From NCBI GenBank assembly GCA_963796685.1, contig CAWCMR010000012.1:13587-77586 (forward strand): a stretch of DNA of 64,000 nt, read 5' to 3'. Numbering within the stretch: position 1 is the first letter of the stretch; the number at the start of each line of letters is the position of its first letter. Source of the stretch: an uncultured delta proteobacterium (GTDB taxonomy: Bacteria > Myxococcota_A > Polyangia > Fen-1088). The notes under the pieces were generated by a model. That model made no database searches. It was not told the DNA's origin and saw nothing but the letters and a program-made list of their open reading frames with translations. The position numbers and the translations under genes were made by a program. This document shows positions 1-9,020 of this stretch, in pieces.

Positions 1-1554
1 GGCCAGAAGATCCTGGCTGCGCTGGAAAAAGCCGCCGAGAGCGACATCATGGACGTGGTCTACCTGACCAACTTCTCGTGCGGGCCGGACAGCTTTTTGC
101 TCAGCTACGCCGAGGAGATCATGGGCAACCGGCCCATGCTCATGCTCGAGCTCGACGAGCACGGCGCCGATGCCGGCTACATGACTCGGCTCGAGGCGTT
201 CTTCGACGTGCTCCGCCGCCCGCGCCCGCCGCGCGGTTCGCGCACCGAGGTGCGCCCCGAACCCACCGACATGCGCGACCGCACCATCTGGTTGCCGCCC
301 ATGCACCCCTTCGGCACGCGCCTCTTTGCCGCGGCCTTCCGCTCGCACGGCTACGACGCCCGCCTGTTGCCCGAGGAAAACAAGGAGTCCTTCGAGATCG
401 GCCGCTCCCTCACCCGCGGCTCCGAGTGCCTGCCCTGCGCGCTGACTCTCGGCACCTTCCTCAAGACCCTGCGCGAGCAACCGCGCGGCGGCAAGCACGC
501 CTTCTTCATGCCCAGCTCCAAGGGCCCGTGCCGGTTCGGCCAGTACACGATTCTGCACCGGCAGATCCTCGAGCGCGAGGGCCTCGGCCACGAGGTCGCC
601 ATCCTGGCCCCGGCGTCGAACAACGCCTACCAGGGGCTCGACAGCCCCATGCGCAAGTCGCTGTTCAAGGCCATCGCCTGCGCCGACATCCTGCTCAAAG
701 CCCAGTGCAAGGTGCGGCCCTACGAGGTCAAGATGGGCGAGACCGATCGCGTGGTGAACGAAGGCCTCGAGTTGGTTTGCCGGGCCGTCGAAGAGCACGG
801 CGACATCCCCGCCGCCCTGAAGGTCGCCATCCAGAAGATCGCGGCCATCGAGACCGCGGGTCCGCGCAAGCCGCTGGTCGGCATCGTGGGCGAGATCTAC
901 GTGCGCAACAACGTCTACGCCAACGAGGATGTCATCGGTGCCATCGAGATGTTCGGGGGCGAGGCGTGGATGCTGCCCATCACCGACTGGATCCTCTACA
1001 CCTCGTCACTGGAGAACTACAAAGAAGAGTTCCCGTCGACCATCCTCTCGTGGGACAAGGCCGACACCTTCATCACCTACACCTGGATGAAGCACTGGGA
1101 GAAGAAGCTGATGGAGGCGGCCAGCCCCCTCCTCGACGATCGGCACGAGCCCGCCTTCCAGGAATGCCTGGAGATCGCCACGCCCTACATCCCCTTCTAC
1201 CTGGGCGGCGAGGGCAAGCTGTCGGTGGGGCGGGCCATCAAGTTCGCGCAGCAGGGCGCGGCCATGGTGGTGAACTGCGCGCCCTTCGGCTGCATGCCCG
1301 AAACCGTGGCCACCGCGATCTTCGGACGGCTTTCGGCGGACGTCGACATGCCCATCGTCAGTCTCTTCTACGACGGCAGCGGCGGACAGAATCGCCGGCT
1401 CGAGGTCTTCCTCAACAACGCGGTTCGAGGCCGGCGCGGCCTGGCCGGGATCACCGAAGGCGCGGGCAAGCTTGCCACCGAATTCCCGAATCGCGATCAG
1501 CTCGTGCCCGCGCAGAATCTTACGTCGCGCGTGCGTCCCGGCGGCGAAGCGTAG
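1..1554 (+). CDS. 3' part of an acyl-CoA dehydratase/activase-related protein (DUF2229-type region of BadF/BadG/BcrA/BcrD-family CoA-enzyme activase fusions). The 5' end lies outside the window. Copy 1 of a duplicated segment.
   Basis: Frame 1 is open from base 1 (GQKILAALEKAAESDIMD...), and the ORF track gives 49..1554. Motifs YLTNFSCGPDSF and NCAPFGCMPE match this family as I recall it. A near-identical paralogue lies at 11112..12665. Confidence 0.7.
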   Translation, partial: GQKILAALEKAAESDIMDVVYLTNFSCGPDSFLLSYAEEIMGNRPMLMLELDEHGADAGYMTRLEAFFDVLRRPRPPRGSRTEVRPEPTDMRDRTIWLPPMHPFGTRLFAAAFRSHGYDARLLPEENKESFEIGRSLTRGSECLPCALTLGTFLKTLREQPRGGKHAFFMPSSKGPCRFGQYTILHRQILEREGLGHEVAILAPASNNAYQGLDSPMRKSLFKAIACADILLKAQCKVRPYEVKMGETDRVVNEGLELVCRAVEEHGDIPAALKVAIQKIAAIETAGPRKPLVGIVGEIYVRNNVYANEDVIGAIEMFGGEAWMLPITDWILYTSSLENYKEEFPSTILSWDKADTFITYTWMKHWEKKLMEAASPLLDDRHEPAFQECLEIATPYIPFYLGGEGKLSVGRAIKFAQQGAAMVVNCAPFGCMPETVATAIFGRLSADVDMPIVSLFYDGSGGQNRRLEVFLNNAVRGRRGLAGITEGAGKLATEFPNRDQLVPAQNLTSRVRPGGEA

Positions 1555-1649
1555 AACGGGCCCCGGCCGGCCCGGTCGGCCCGATTGGGCTCCTAGCTCG
1601 CGGGTGCTTGCGGCTCGGGCGGCAACGCCGGCTGACCTTCGTAAACAAG

Positions 1650-1880
1650 CCAAATCCTGCGCATCTTCATCGATACCGTGGCGGCCGACTACCGCAAGCG
1701 ACTGGCGGGACGGGACATCTCAGCCGGCAAGCTCCGCCCGGCGCGGACACCTGACGGCGCCGGGTGACGGTGAGGTCACGTCGTGACCGACGAGACCGTG
1801 GGCGACAAAGATCCGAGCCGTCCGCGGTCGCCGCCGCTACAGGTGCTCTGGCAATGCCCGAAGCCCACATGCGCTGCCGC
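1650..1880 (+). pseudogene. Possible strongly decayed IS91-family transposase remnant downstream of copy 1
   Basis: ILRIFIDTVAADYRKR... parallels VLRIFTDTVAPSYGK... after copy 2. A weak ...SPPLQVL... sits where copy 2 has the HUH motif SPHFHVL. Several frames and stops are involved. Confidence 0.25.
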
Positions 1881-2115
1881 TTCACCGATTCGACTGGCTT
1901 TCCGGCACTTCCTGGCGCCGCTCCGGGCGAACGCAGCCTATCGGGACCTGGCGAACCGTCAAGAAAGTCGGGGCAGGGCGGTTAACATCACGGCGCGCCG
2001 CGTATGACATCAAGAATCGGCCATGCCGGTGAGCGCCCGGCCACGATTCCGCCTAAATTATCGTTAGGAAAGCCGGGAGAGTATCATTTCGCCCAGCCAT
2101 GCTGCCCGATCTTCC

Positions 2116-4794
2116 ATGAGCCCCACCAACCACAGCCCTGCACCGACACAGCCCGAGCCAGCGTTCCCCTACGGAGCAAGCTGGGTCAGGGTGGACTTCC
2201 ACCTGCACACGGTGGCCGACAAGGAGTTTCGTTTCTCCGGCGACTCGAACTACTACCATAGCAACTACGTCGATGCGTTGGAGAAGGCAGGGATCCGGCT
2301 GGGGGTGATCACCAACCACAACAAGTTCGAAATCGAGGAGTTCAAGGCGCTGCGTTCAGCGGCCAAGAAGAAGGGGATCGCCCTGTTGCCCGGCGTTGAG
2401 CTGTCGGTAAGCGAGGGGGCCAACGGGATCCATACCCTCGTCGTGTTCGCGGAGGAATGGCTCGCGGAGGGCCGGGACTACATCAATCCGTTCATGACCG
2501 TCGCATTCGAGGGGAAGGTACCGTCACAGTTCGAAAACGAGAATGGTCGGTCGTCGCTCTCACTTCGAGAGACCATTCAGAAGCTGGAAGGCTACAGTCG
2601 GGACTTCTTTCTAGTTTTCGCTCACGTGGAGGACGGGAACGGCCTGTGGGCTGAGCTCGAAGGTGGGCGTCTCCAAGAATTGGGAAACGAAGAGCTCTTT
2701 CACCGTCGCACCTTGGGATTTCAGAAGGTCCGCACGCACGATGGCGCTGGCAAAGGCGCGCCCTGCCGAACCAAGGTTCAAGAATGGTTGAAGGACGCCT
2801 ATCCTGCCGAGGTCGAGGGCAGTGATCCGAAGAGGCTCGAGGAGATCGGTAAGGGCGAGCCCTGCTATCTCAAGCTGGGCGAGCTGTCCTTCGAGGCGGT
2901 CAAGTTTGCTTTGCGCGCCCATCGCGACCGAGTCGCAAAAGAGATCCCGCGTCGATCCACTTCCTGTCTCCGCAGCGCCCATTTCGAAGGCGGCGTCCTC
3001 GATGGTCAGACGATTCGATTCTCGCCGGAGCTGAACGCGCTGATCGGCATTCGCGGCAGCGGCAAGTCGTCGATTCTGGAAACCATCCGCTACGCCCTCG
3101 ACATCCCTCTTCCACAAGGCAGACGGGCAGCGGACGTAGAGTACAAAGACGGTCTCGTGAAGCACGCCCTCGGCAGCGGTGGAAAAGTCACCCTCACTGC
3201 GGTTGACACCTACGGCCAGGAATTCACCGTGTCGCGCATCTTCCGCGAGATGCCCAACGTGTATCTCGCTGGCAAGTTACAGCCCGGCGTATCCATCCGC
3301 GAAACGGTGCTTCGGGGCCCCATCTACTTCGGCCAGAAAGAGCTCGCGGCCGGCGACGCGCAAGATCTGGTCGAAAAGCTCACCGGCGAAAAGCTGGCGC
3401 CTTTGCGGGCGCAGATCGAGGAACAAAGGCAGAAGGTCAAAGACGCGGTAGAGCGCTTCCGCAGGTTGAAGGACTCGGCACAGCAGAAGGCGGAGTACGA
3501 GAGACAGCTCAGCGACGCGGAGTTCCGGCTCAAGAAGTTCAAGGAACACGGCGTGGAGAGCAAGCTCAACCGTCGCCTTGGCTTCCAGAAGGACCAGGGT
3601 CTCCTTGACCGGGTCGGCTCCCGCGTGGTCGCCTTTCAACACGGGTTGGAGAGCTTCGTTGCAGAACACGAAGACGATCTACGCAATGCCGCGTCCTACC
3701 AGTCCACGGAGAACAAAGCCTTCTTCGAACGGTACTTCGACGAATACCGTGGCGTGCTTGCGCAGTTGGACGCCCTGAAGGAAGCCCAGTCGAAACTGGG
3801 CGCTACTTCTGCGAGGCTCGACCAGATGCGGGCCGAGTTCGACGCCACCGCAAGGGGGCTTCAGGACGAGTTTGCCCAGATCGAGCGTGCGTTGGCGGAA
3901 GAGCTGAGGCAGACCGGCTCGGCGGCGATTCAGCCCGACGACTTCCTGCAACAGCAACAGAGGAAGCTCAAGGCCGAGCAAATGATTGAGGCCTTGACCA
4001 AGCAGGAGGCACAACAAGTCTCCAGTCGCGACGCCCTCCTGAAGGAGCTCGATGCTCTGAACGAATTGTGGCTAAAGGAATTCAAGACCATCAAGACCGA
4101 GCTGGACCGCGTGAACGCCAACCACACTGCCTTGCAGGTTGAGTTGAAATTCAAAGGGGACAAGGACGCGGCCATCGCGTTCATGAAGAGCCTCTACAAG
4201 GGCAGCGCCATCCGCGAGACGACCCTAACGTCCGTGATGGAGGACTACGCCGACTTCGGCGCCCTCTTTCGCGACCTTGGCCAGGCCAAGACCAAGGCGG
4301 GTAGCTCTCCAGACCTCTTCGAAGAGAGATTCTTGGAGAACCTCTCCGAGCTCCTCACCTGGCAGGTGCCAAACCGCTTCCGGATCCTCTACCGCAACAA
4401 GGAGCTGCGACACCATTCTCTTGGACAGCGCGCTTCCGCTCTCATTCTCTTTGTGCTGAGCCAGCGAAAGAATGACGTCATCATCATCGACCAGCCTGAG
4501 GACGATCTCGATAACCAGACGATCTACGACGATGTCATCGCGCTGCTGTGCAAGCTCAAGCCGCAGACCCAGTTCATCTTTGCCACCCACAACCCCAACG
4601 TGCCGGTGCTGGGTGACGCAGAACAGGTCCACGCCTGCAGCTACCAAGACGACAAGATCCAGGTGCAAAGCGGTGGTATTGATGCCCAAACCATCCAGGA
4701 AGACATCATCGGGATCATGGAAGGCGGACGCGAGGCTTTCGCCAAGCGCTCCGACATCTACGGCCAATGGAAACAGCAGAGCTCATCGAAATAG
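2116..4794 (+). CDS. PHP-domain phosphoesterase fused to an SMC/Rad50/OLD-like ABC ATPase with a long coiled coil (Ppl/TrlF-like architecture)
   Basis: 892-aa ORF. PHP-type metal motifs: VDFHLHT (2191-2211), ITNHN, GVELS..GIHTLV, FAHVEDG. Walker A is GIRGSGKSS (~3049-3072). An E/K/Q/L-rich predicted coiled coil of ~300 aa spans ~3350-4200. Signature-like SLGQRA, Walker B VIIIDQPEDDLD (4476-4511), H-loop FATHNP. Confidence 0.85.
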   Translation: MSPTNHSPAPTQPEPAFPYGASWVRVDFHLHTVADKEFRFSGDSNYYHSNYVDALEKAGIRLGVITNHNKFEIEEFKALRSAAKKKGIALLPGVELSVSEGANGIHTLVVFAEEWLAEGRDYINPFMTVAFEGKVPSQFENENGRSSLSLRETIQKLEGYSRDFFLVFAHVEDGNGLWAELEGGRLQELGNEELFHRRTLGFQKVRTHDGAGKGAPCRTKVQEWLKDAYPAEVEGSDPKRLEEIGKGEPCYLKLGELSFEAVKFALRAHRDRVAKEIPRRSTSCLRSAHFEGGVLDGQTIRFSPELNALIGIRGSGKSSILETIRYALDIPLPQGRRAADVEYKDGLVKHALGSGGKVTLTAVDTYGQEFTVSRIFREMPNVYLAGKLQPGVSIRETVLRGPIYFGQKELAAGDAQDLVEKLTGEKLAPLRAQIEEQRQKVKDAVERFRRLKDSAQQKAEYERQLSDAEFRLKKFKEHGVESKLNRRLGFQKDQGLLDRVGSRVVAFQHGLESFVAEHEDDLRNAASYQSTENKAFFERYFDEYRGVLAQLDALKEAQSKLGATSARLDQMRAEFDATARGLQDEFAQIERALAEELRQTGSAAIQPDDFLQQQQRKLKAEQMIEALTKQEAQQVSSRDALLKELDALNELWLKEFKTIKTELDRVNANHTALQVELKFKGDKDAAIAFMKSLYKGSAIRETTLTSVMEDYADFGALFRDLGQAKTKAGSSPDLFEERFLENLSELLTWQVPNRFRILYRNKELRHHSLGQRASALILFVLSQRKNDVIIIDQPEDDLDNQTIYDDVIALLCKLKPQTQFIFATHNPNVPVLGDAEQVHACSYQDDKIQVQSGGIDAQTIQEDIIGIMEGGREAFAKRSDIYGQWKQQSSSK

Positions 4795-5930
4795 TCAGCC
4801 GGGGCGAGGATAGTCGACACCAGTTCAAGGCCAATGTGACCAATGAAGTGCAATTGGCACAGGAGATTGTTGCGTTCAGCAATAGTGGCGGTGGGCAAAT
4901 TGTCATCGGCGTTGCCGAAGGCGACCACGCGATCCGTGGGCTCGATGCCGCAGGCATCGGCCGACTCAACCAGCTCGTCTCCAATGCGGCCTCGCAGCAT
5001 GTACGTCCGGCGGTTAATCCCATCACGGAGAATGTTGCCCACCCCCAGGGCACTGTCATGGTAGTGACGATTATGGATGGGGTGGCGAAACCCTACATGG
5101 ACAAGGATGGCGTGATTTGGGTCAAGACCGGCGCCGATAAGCGAAAAGCTACCTCACGTGAAGAAATCCAGCGCATGTTTCAGCAAAGCAGCCTGGTTCA
5201 CGCCGACGAAGTCCCTGTCACCGGAACTGGCGTAGGCGACGTGGATCTGGCCTACTTCGAGGCGTTCTTCAATCAGCAACCGTTCGATGCGCCTCTTGTC
5301 AACCAGCCGGTCCCCTTGCCACGGCTGCTGACCAACATGAACCTCATGCGCGGCGAATTCCTCAACCTCGCAGCGGTTCTGCTCTTCGCTCGTGCTCCGC
5401 AATACCGATTGCCGGCATTCATCGCGAAGGCCATTGCGTATCCTGGTGTAGAGGCCGATGAGGCAGCGTATCTGGATTCGCGCGACATCGTGGGAAGGCT
5501 GGCCGATGTGTTTCAGCAGGCGTTGGGCTTTCTGAGCGCAAACACAGGAACCCATCAAGGCGACCGGGGTGTCAACTCTACCGGAGAACCCGAGATCCCG
5601 AGGATTGTATGGGAAGAGCTCGTCGCCAATGCGCTCGTTCATCGCGACTATTTCATCACCGCGCCTGTTCGCATCTTCGTATTCGCCGATCGGGTCGAGA
5701 TCATCAGTCCTGGCCATCTTCCGAACAATCTCACCGTGGAAAACATCTTGAAGGGCAACTCGAACATCTGGAATCCGGTCCTGGCGTCCTTCGCCGCGAA
5801 GCTCCTGCCGTACCGAGGATTGGGCAACGGCATCCTGAGAGCAAAGAAGGCCTATGCCGAAATCGAGTTCACCGATGATCGTGAAGCCAACCTGTTCAAG
5901 GTGACCGTGGCGCGACCAGGGCGCGGTTAG
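4767..5930 (+). CDS. AlbA_2 (Schlafen-type) domain protein with a C-terminal HATPase_c_4-like domain (often annotated as a RecG-like putative DNA-binding/ATP-binding protein)
   Basis: 387-aa ORF overlapping the upstream gene by 28 nt. The N-terminus carries SRHQFKANV...IVAFSNSGGGQIVIGV. The C-terminus carries ANALVHRDY...VRIFVFADRVEIISPGHLPN. Confidence 0.85.
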   Translation: METAELIEIVSRGEDSRHQFKANVTNEVQLAQEIVAFSNSGGGQIVIGVAEGDHAIRGLDAAGIGRLNQLVSNAASQHVRPAVNPITENVAHPQGTVMVVTIMDGVAKPYMDKDGVIWVKTGADKRKATSREEIQRMFQQSSLVHADEVPVTGTGVGDVDLAYFEAFFNQQPFDAPLVNQPVPLPRLLTNMNLMRGEFLNLAAVLLFARAPQYRLPAFIAKAIAYPGVEADEAAYLDSRDIVGRLADVFQQALGFLSANTGTHQGDRGVNSTGEPEIPRIVWEELVANALVHRDYFITAPVRIFVFADRVEIISPGHLPNNLTVENILKGNSNIWNPVLASFAAKLLPYRGLGNGILRAKKAYAEIEFTDDREANLFKVTVARPGRG

Positions 5931-6070
5931 GGCGGCCGCACGAGACCTTGCAGCACCGGCGCAGGTTCGATGCGTCACCTCGGCTCGGTCCTGGTTGTTT
6001 CCGTCTTCCTCTCCGCGCCTTCCTGTGGACGAATTGTCACACTGGCGCCGCTGACGCCCACCAAGTCGAT

Positions 6071-6985
6071 ATGACCAACACCACGATTCCACCTTTCACC
6101 CCGAACCCCTTGTGTCCTGACTGCGCAAATTCACCAGGCGATGCGACGTGCGTCTACGCGGCCGTGCGCGGTGACAGGCCTGCCCTGGAGGAGCTGATAC
6201 GCCGCCACCAGGGTTTCGTGCACAGCCTCGCGCGGAGGATGCTCTACTCGCCCGAGGATGCGGCCGACGCCACTCAGGAAATCCTGATCCAGATCGTGAC
6301 CAGCTTGGCGTCGTTTCGTGGCGAGGCCAGTTTCCGCACGTGGGCGTATCGGATCGCCGTGCGACACCTGCTCGCCTGCAAGAAGGGACGTGTGGAAAAC
6401 GTAGTGCGCGGCTTCGGATGTTTCGCGCAAACCCTCGATGCCACCCCAAACCTCGACCCACCTGACGAGGGTACCCTTCCCGTCGATGTCCTCTTGGTCA
6501 TCGAAGAGGCGAAGGTGGGGTGCCTGATGGCGATGCTGCTGTGCCTCGATCGAGAGTATCGCGTGGCTTTCGTTCTGGGCGAGATCTTCGAGGCAAGTGA
6601 CGTCGTGGCTGCGGAGGTACTCGGCATTTCCAGCGACAACTTCCGGCAGCGGCTAGCGCGTGCACGCGAGAAATTGCGCCAGTTCCTCACGGGGCGTTGC
6701 GGGCTCCTCGATGATCACGGAAGCTGCCATTGCGCGCGCAAGACCAAGGGATTCATCAACCAGGGAATCGTCGATCCATTACGCCTTCGCTTTACCCAGG
6801 TACACCTCGATCACACCAAGGAACAAGCCATCGTGGGAGTGCGCGACCTGCAACACCACGTCGAGCAAGCCTACGTCCAACTACTGCGCTCACAGCCCCT
6901 GCCCGAGCCGCCTCCCTTCGCGGAGATCCTGCGCGATGTGCTCGCGCATCCCCAGGTTCGACAAACCCTCAACTTGGAGAACTGA
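6071..6985 (+). CDS. ECF-type RNA polymerase sigma-70 factor with a Cys-containing C-terminal extension
   Basis: Start chosen at ATG 6071 (the ORF track opens at 5948). Region 2 reads DATQEILIQIV...FRTWAYRIAVRH. Region 4 reads AAEVLGISSDNFRQRLARAREKL. A ~110-aa extension carries CGLLDDHGSCHC, and the N-terminus carries CPDCANSPGDATC. Confidence 0.8.
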   Translation: MTNTTIPPFTPNPLCPDCANSPGDATCVYAAVRGDRPALEELIRRHQGFVHSLARRMLYSPEDAADATQEILIQIVTSLASFRGEASFRTWAYRIAVRHLLACKKGRVENVVRGFGCFAQTLDATPNLDPPDEGTLPVDVLLVIEEAKVGCLMAMLLCLDREYRVAFVLGEIFEASDVVAAEVLGISSDNFRQRLARAREKLRQFLTGRCGLLDDHGSCHCARKTKGFINQGIVDPLRLRFTQVHLDHTKEQAIVGVRDLQHHVEQAYVQLLRSQPLPEPPPFAEILRDVLAHPQVRQTLNLEN

Positions 6986-6986
6986 C

Positions 6987-7388
6987 GTGGATCGCTCAAC
7001 CATCGAACGCCAGGTGTGGGCTGTGGTCTCGGAGCTGAACCGGCTGTGGACCGTGGAGGGCAAACCCGAGCGGCTGGTTGACTACTTCGCGCCCGAGATG
7101 ATCGCCATCACGCCCACCGACAACTTTCGTCGCGAAGGCCAGGCATCCTGTGTGGCCGGCTGGACCGACTTCGTGCGTGCGTCGCGCATACGTCGTTGGG
7201 TGGGAAAGAATCCCAAGGTGCTGGTGCTCCATGATGGACGCCGCGCGGTGGTGGCATACGACTTCGAGATAGACTACGAGATGGGCGGCCACCGCGTGGA
7301 GATGCGGGGGCGCGACCTCATGACCTTTGAAAGTCGCGATGGCCGCTGGTGGCTGGTCGCCGACATGTTCGCGCCCGCACCGGGATAG
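6987..7388 (+). CDS. SnoaL/NTF2-like (DUF4440-type) small protein, translationally coupled to the ECF sigma
   Basis: GTG at 6987 lies one nt after the sigma stop (6983-6985). 133 aa. Typical pattern LWTVEGKPERLVDYFAPEM...RGRDLMTFESRDGRWWLVADMF. Confidence 0.7.
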   Translation: MDRSTIERQVWAVVSELNRLWTVEGKPERLVDYFAPEMIAITPTDNFRREGQASCVAGWTDFVRASRIRRWVGKNPKVLVLHDGRRAVVAYDFEIDYEMGGHRVEMRGRDLMTFESRDGRWWLVADMFAPAPG

Positions 7389-7757
7389 GGCCGAAATGTG
7401 ACAGGAGGGACGGCATACCGTGGAAGAAGTCGTCGTCGAGCCTATGGTGATGGTGGCGACCTCCCCACTGTGGAGGCGCGGGCTTGCGTGGCCACGGCGA
7501 CGGAGTTGGACGACGTCGACCTTGCCGAGCGTCTTCCAAACAGCCCGTAGCTTTGGCCACGCCTCCGGCGAGGGATCTACAGGGCCACGGATCGTGGGCG
7601 CGTGGAGACAATTGCGCCAAATGAGCCGGAATCGATCGCGGCTGCCGCGATCGTGCCCGTCTCTGGCGCGCCGTAATTCCGGGGATCTCCAAAGTGAAGC
7701 AGACGGTGCCCTCACATGAGCAGCAACTATCGCCTCGGCGGTGTGTCCAAGTATGCT

Positions 7758-8351
7758 TTAGAGGGGACCACACGAGGAGCCCGGAATTGGCCCGCAGGTT
7801 TGAATGATGTCGCCTCGACATCGCTGCGCGACACAGGGAGGGGCTCCTACGGCGTTGCAGTCGGCATCGCTGCTGCAGCCGATCACGTTCGCCGCTGAGC
7901 AACTAGTGGCGATGCGGCCAGGGCCGACGTTGTGGCAGGCGCTAGCCCAGGTTTGTGGCGGACTGTAAGACACAAACCAGCAGCAGAGCTCGCCAGGGCC
8001 GCAATCGGCAGTCTCGTCGCACGTGCGCGGCCAGGCAATGCATCCCGCGTTGGAGCGCCAATCGCAACCGGTGGAAGCTGGACTGCCTTCACCATTGCGA
8101 AGGCAGCATTCATAGCCCTCGGAGCAAACAGTCGCCCCGCAGCGCACCCGTCCGGGAGTCGGCGGCAAGAGGCCGCCATCCTGGGTCGGCAAGCCGGCGT
8201 CCGACGTCGGCACCAGGCCGGCGTCTTTCGATACGGCTCCACCTGCCATGGTGTTCAACGGCGTGCGCCCGCCACAGGCAGTGCAAAAGATGCCCATGGC
8301 CAGGACAAGAGATCCCTTTGTCGAGAATCCGTGCATCGAGCTGGCTGGCAT
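7758..8351 (-). CDS. Cys-rich secreted lipoprotein, paralogue A
   Basis: 197 aa with lipobox-like LAMGIFCTAC and about 20 Cys. Blocks CDETADCGPGELCCW and VGAPPCVAQRCRGDIIQTCG are shared with 8405..8977. Confidence 0.7.
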   Translation of the reverse strand: MPASSMHGFSTKGSLVLAMGIFCTACGGRTPLNTMAGGAVSKDAGLVPTSDAGLPTQDGGLLPPTPGRVRCGATVCSEGYECCLRNGEGSPASTGCDWRSNAGCIAWPRTCDETADCGPGELCCWFVSYSPPQTWASACHNVGPGRIATSCSAANVIGCSSDADCNAVGAPPCVAQRCRGDIIQTCGPIPGSSCGPL

Positions 8352-8404
8352 TGTACGGCGTTTGAGAATCGCGGTGTTCTACTTTTGCTGCGTTCTTGCC
8401 TGCG

Positions 8405-8977
8405 CTATTCACGAGCTGGCGGACAGGAGCTGCTCGGTATGTACCCGCAGGTTTGAATGATGTCACCTCGGCATTGCTGCGCGACACAGGTGGGAGCGCC
8501 GACCACGTCGCAGTCGGCCTCGCTGCCGCAACCGACCAAGTCCAGCGGTGGGCAACCGGTCGCGCCCAGGTCAGCGCCGGGGCTATAGCAGTAGCTGGCC
8601 AACGTGGCCGGTGGACTGTAAACGACATCCCAGCAGCACAGCTCGTCGAGGCCACAGTCGGCAGTCTCGTCACATTCGCGTCGCCCTGACGAGCCATCGC
8701 AAACTGCGCCCGGACGTCTATCGCAACCGATGGAAGCCGGGTCGCCTCGGCTCTCGCGAACGCAGCATTGGTAGCCCTCGGCGCAGACAATGTCTCCGCA
8801 GCGCACAAGTCCCGGAGTCGGCGGCAGGAGTCCGCCATCCCACGTAGCCAAGAGGCCACCATCGCGGGCCGAATGGCCGTGCATCGGGGTGGACCCGCAG
8901 GCGGCGCACAGCACACCCAGAGCCGCGAGAAGGCCACTCGTCAAAGAAGATCCGTTCACCAAGAGAGTCAAGATCAT
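8405..8977 (-). CDS. Cys-rich secreted lipoprotein, paralogue B
   Basis: Start placed at ATG 8977 (MILTLLVNGSSLTSGLLAALGVLCAACG) inside ORF 8405..9262. The Cys pattern matches 7758..8351 (CDETADCGLDELCCW, VGAPTCVAQQCRGDIIQTCG). Confidence 0.7.
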   Translation of the reverse strand: MILTLLVNGSSLTSGLLAALGVLCAACGSTPMHGHSARDGGLLATWDGGLLPPTPGLVRCGDIVCAEGYQCCVRESRGDPASIGCDRRPGAVCDGSSGRRECDETADCGLDELCCWDVVYSPPATLASYCYSPGADLGATGCPPLDLVGCGSEADCDVVGAPTCVAQQCRGDIIQTCGYIPSSSCPPARE

Positions 8978-9020
8978 TGCATCTTGCCTTCGAAATCGGC
9001 GGTCGTCCTGAGGCGCGGCG

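Noticed and set aside
78-1754. 558-aa plus-strand ORF overlapping the dehydratase-related gene in another frame (and its twin at 11537..12865)
   Set aside because: Its Arg/Pro/Ala/Gly-rich composition is typical of out-of-frame translation of high-GC coding DNA. The frame-1 product has clear family motifs and a conserved paralogue.
2058-2087. Possible sigma-70 promoter (ttatcg-N18-tatcat) in the AT-richer stretch upstream of the PHP-ATPase gene
   Set aside because: The -35 match is poor, and I have no transcript evidence. No clear Shine-Dalgarno precedes ATG 2116 either. It is too weak to report as a feature.
7770-8440. RGD tripeptide conserved in both Cys-rich lipoproteins as a possible adhesion motif
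   Set aside because: A three-residue match inside a Cys-knot block is expected by chance. Nothing in the sequence ties it to integrin-type binding, so I kept it only as a family signature.
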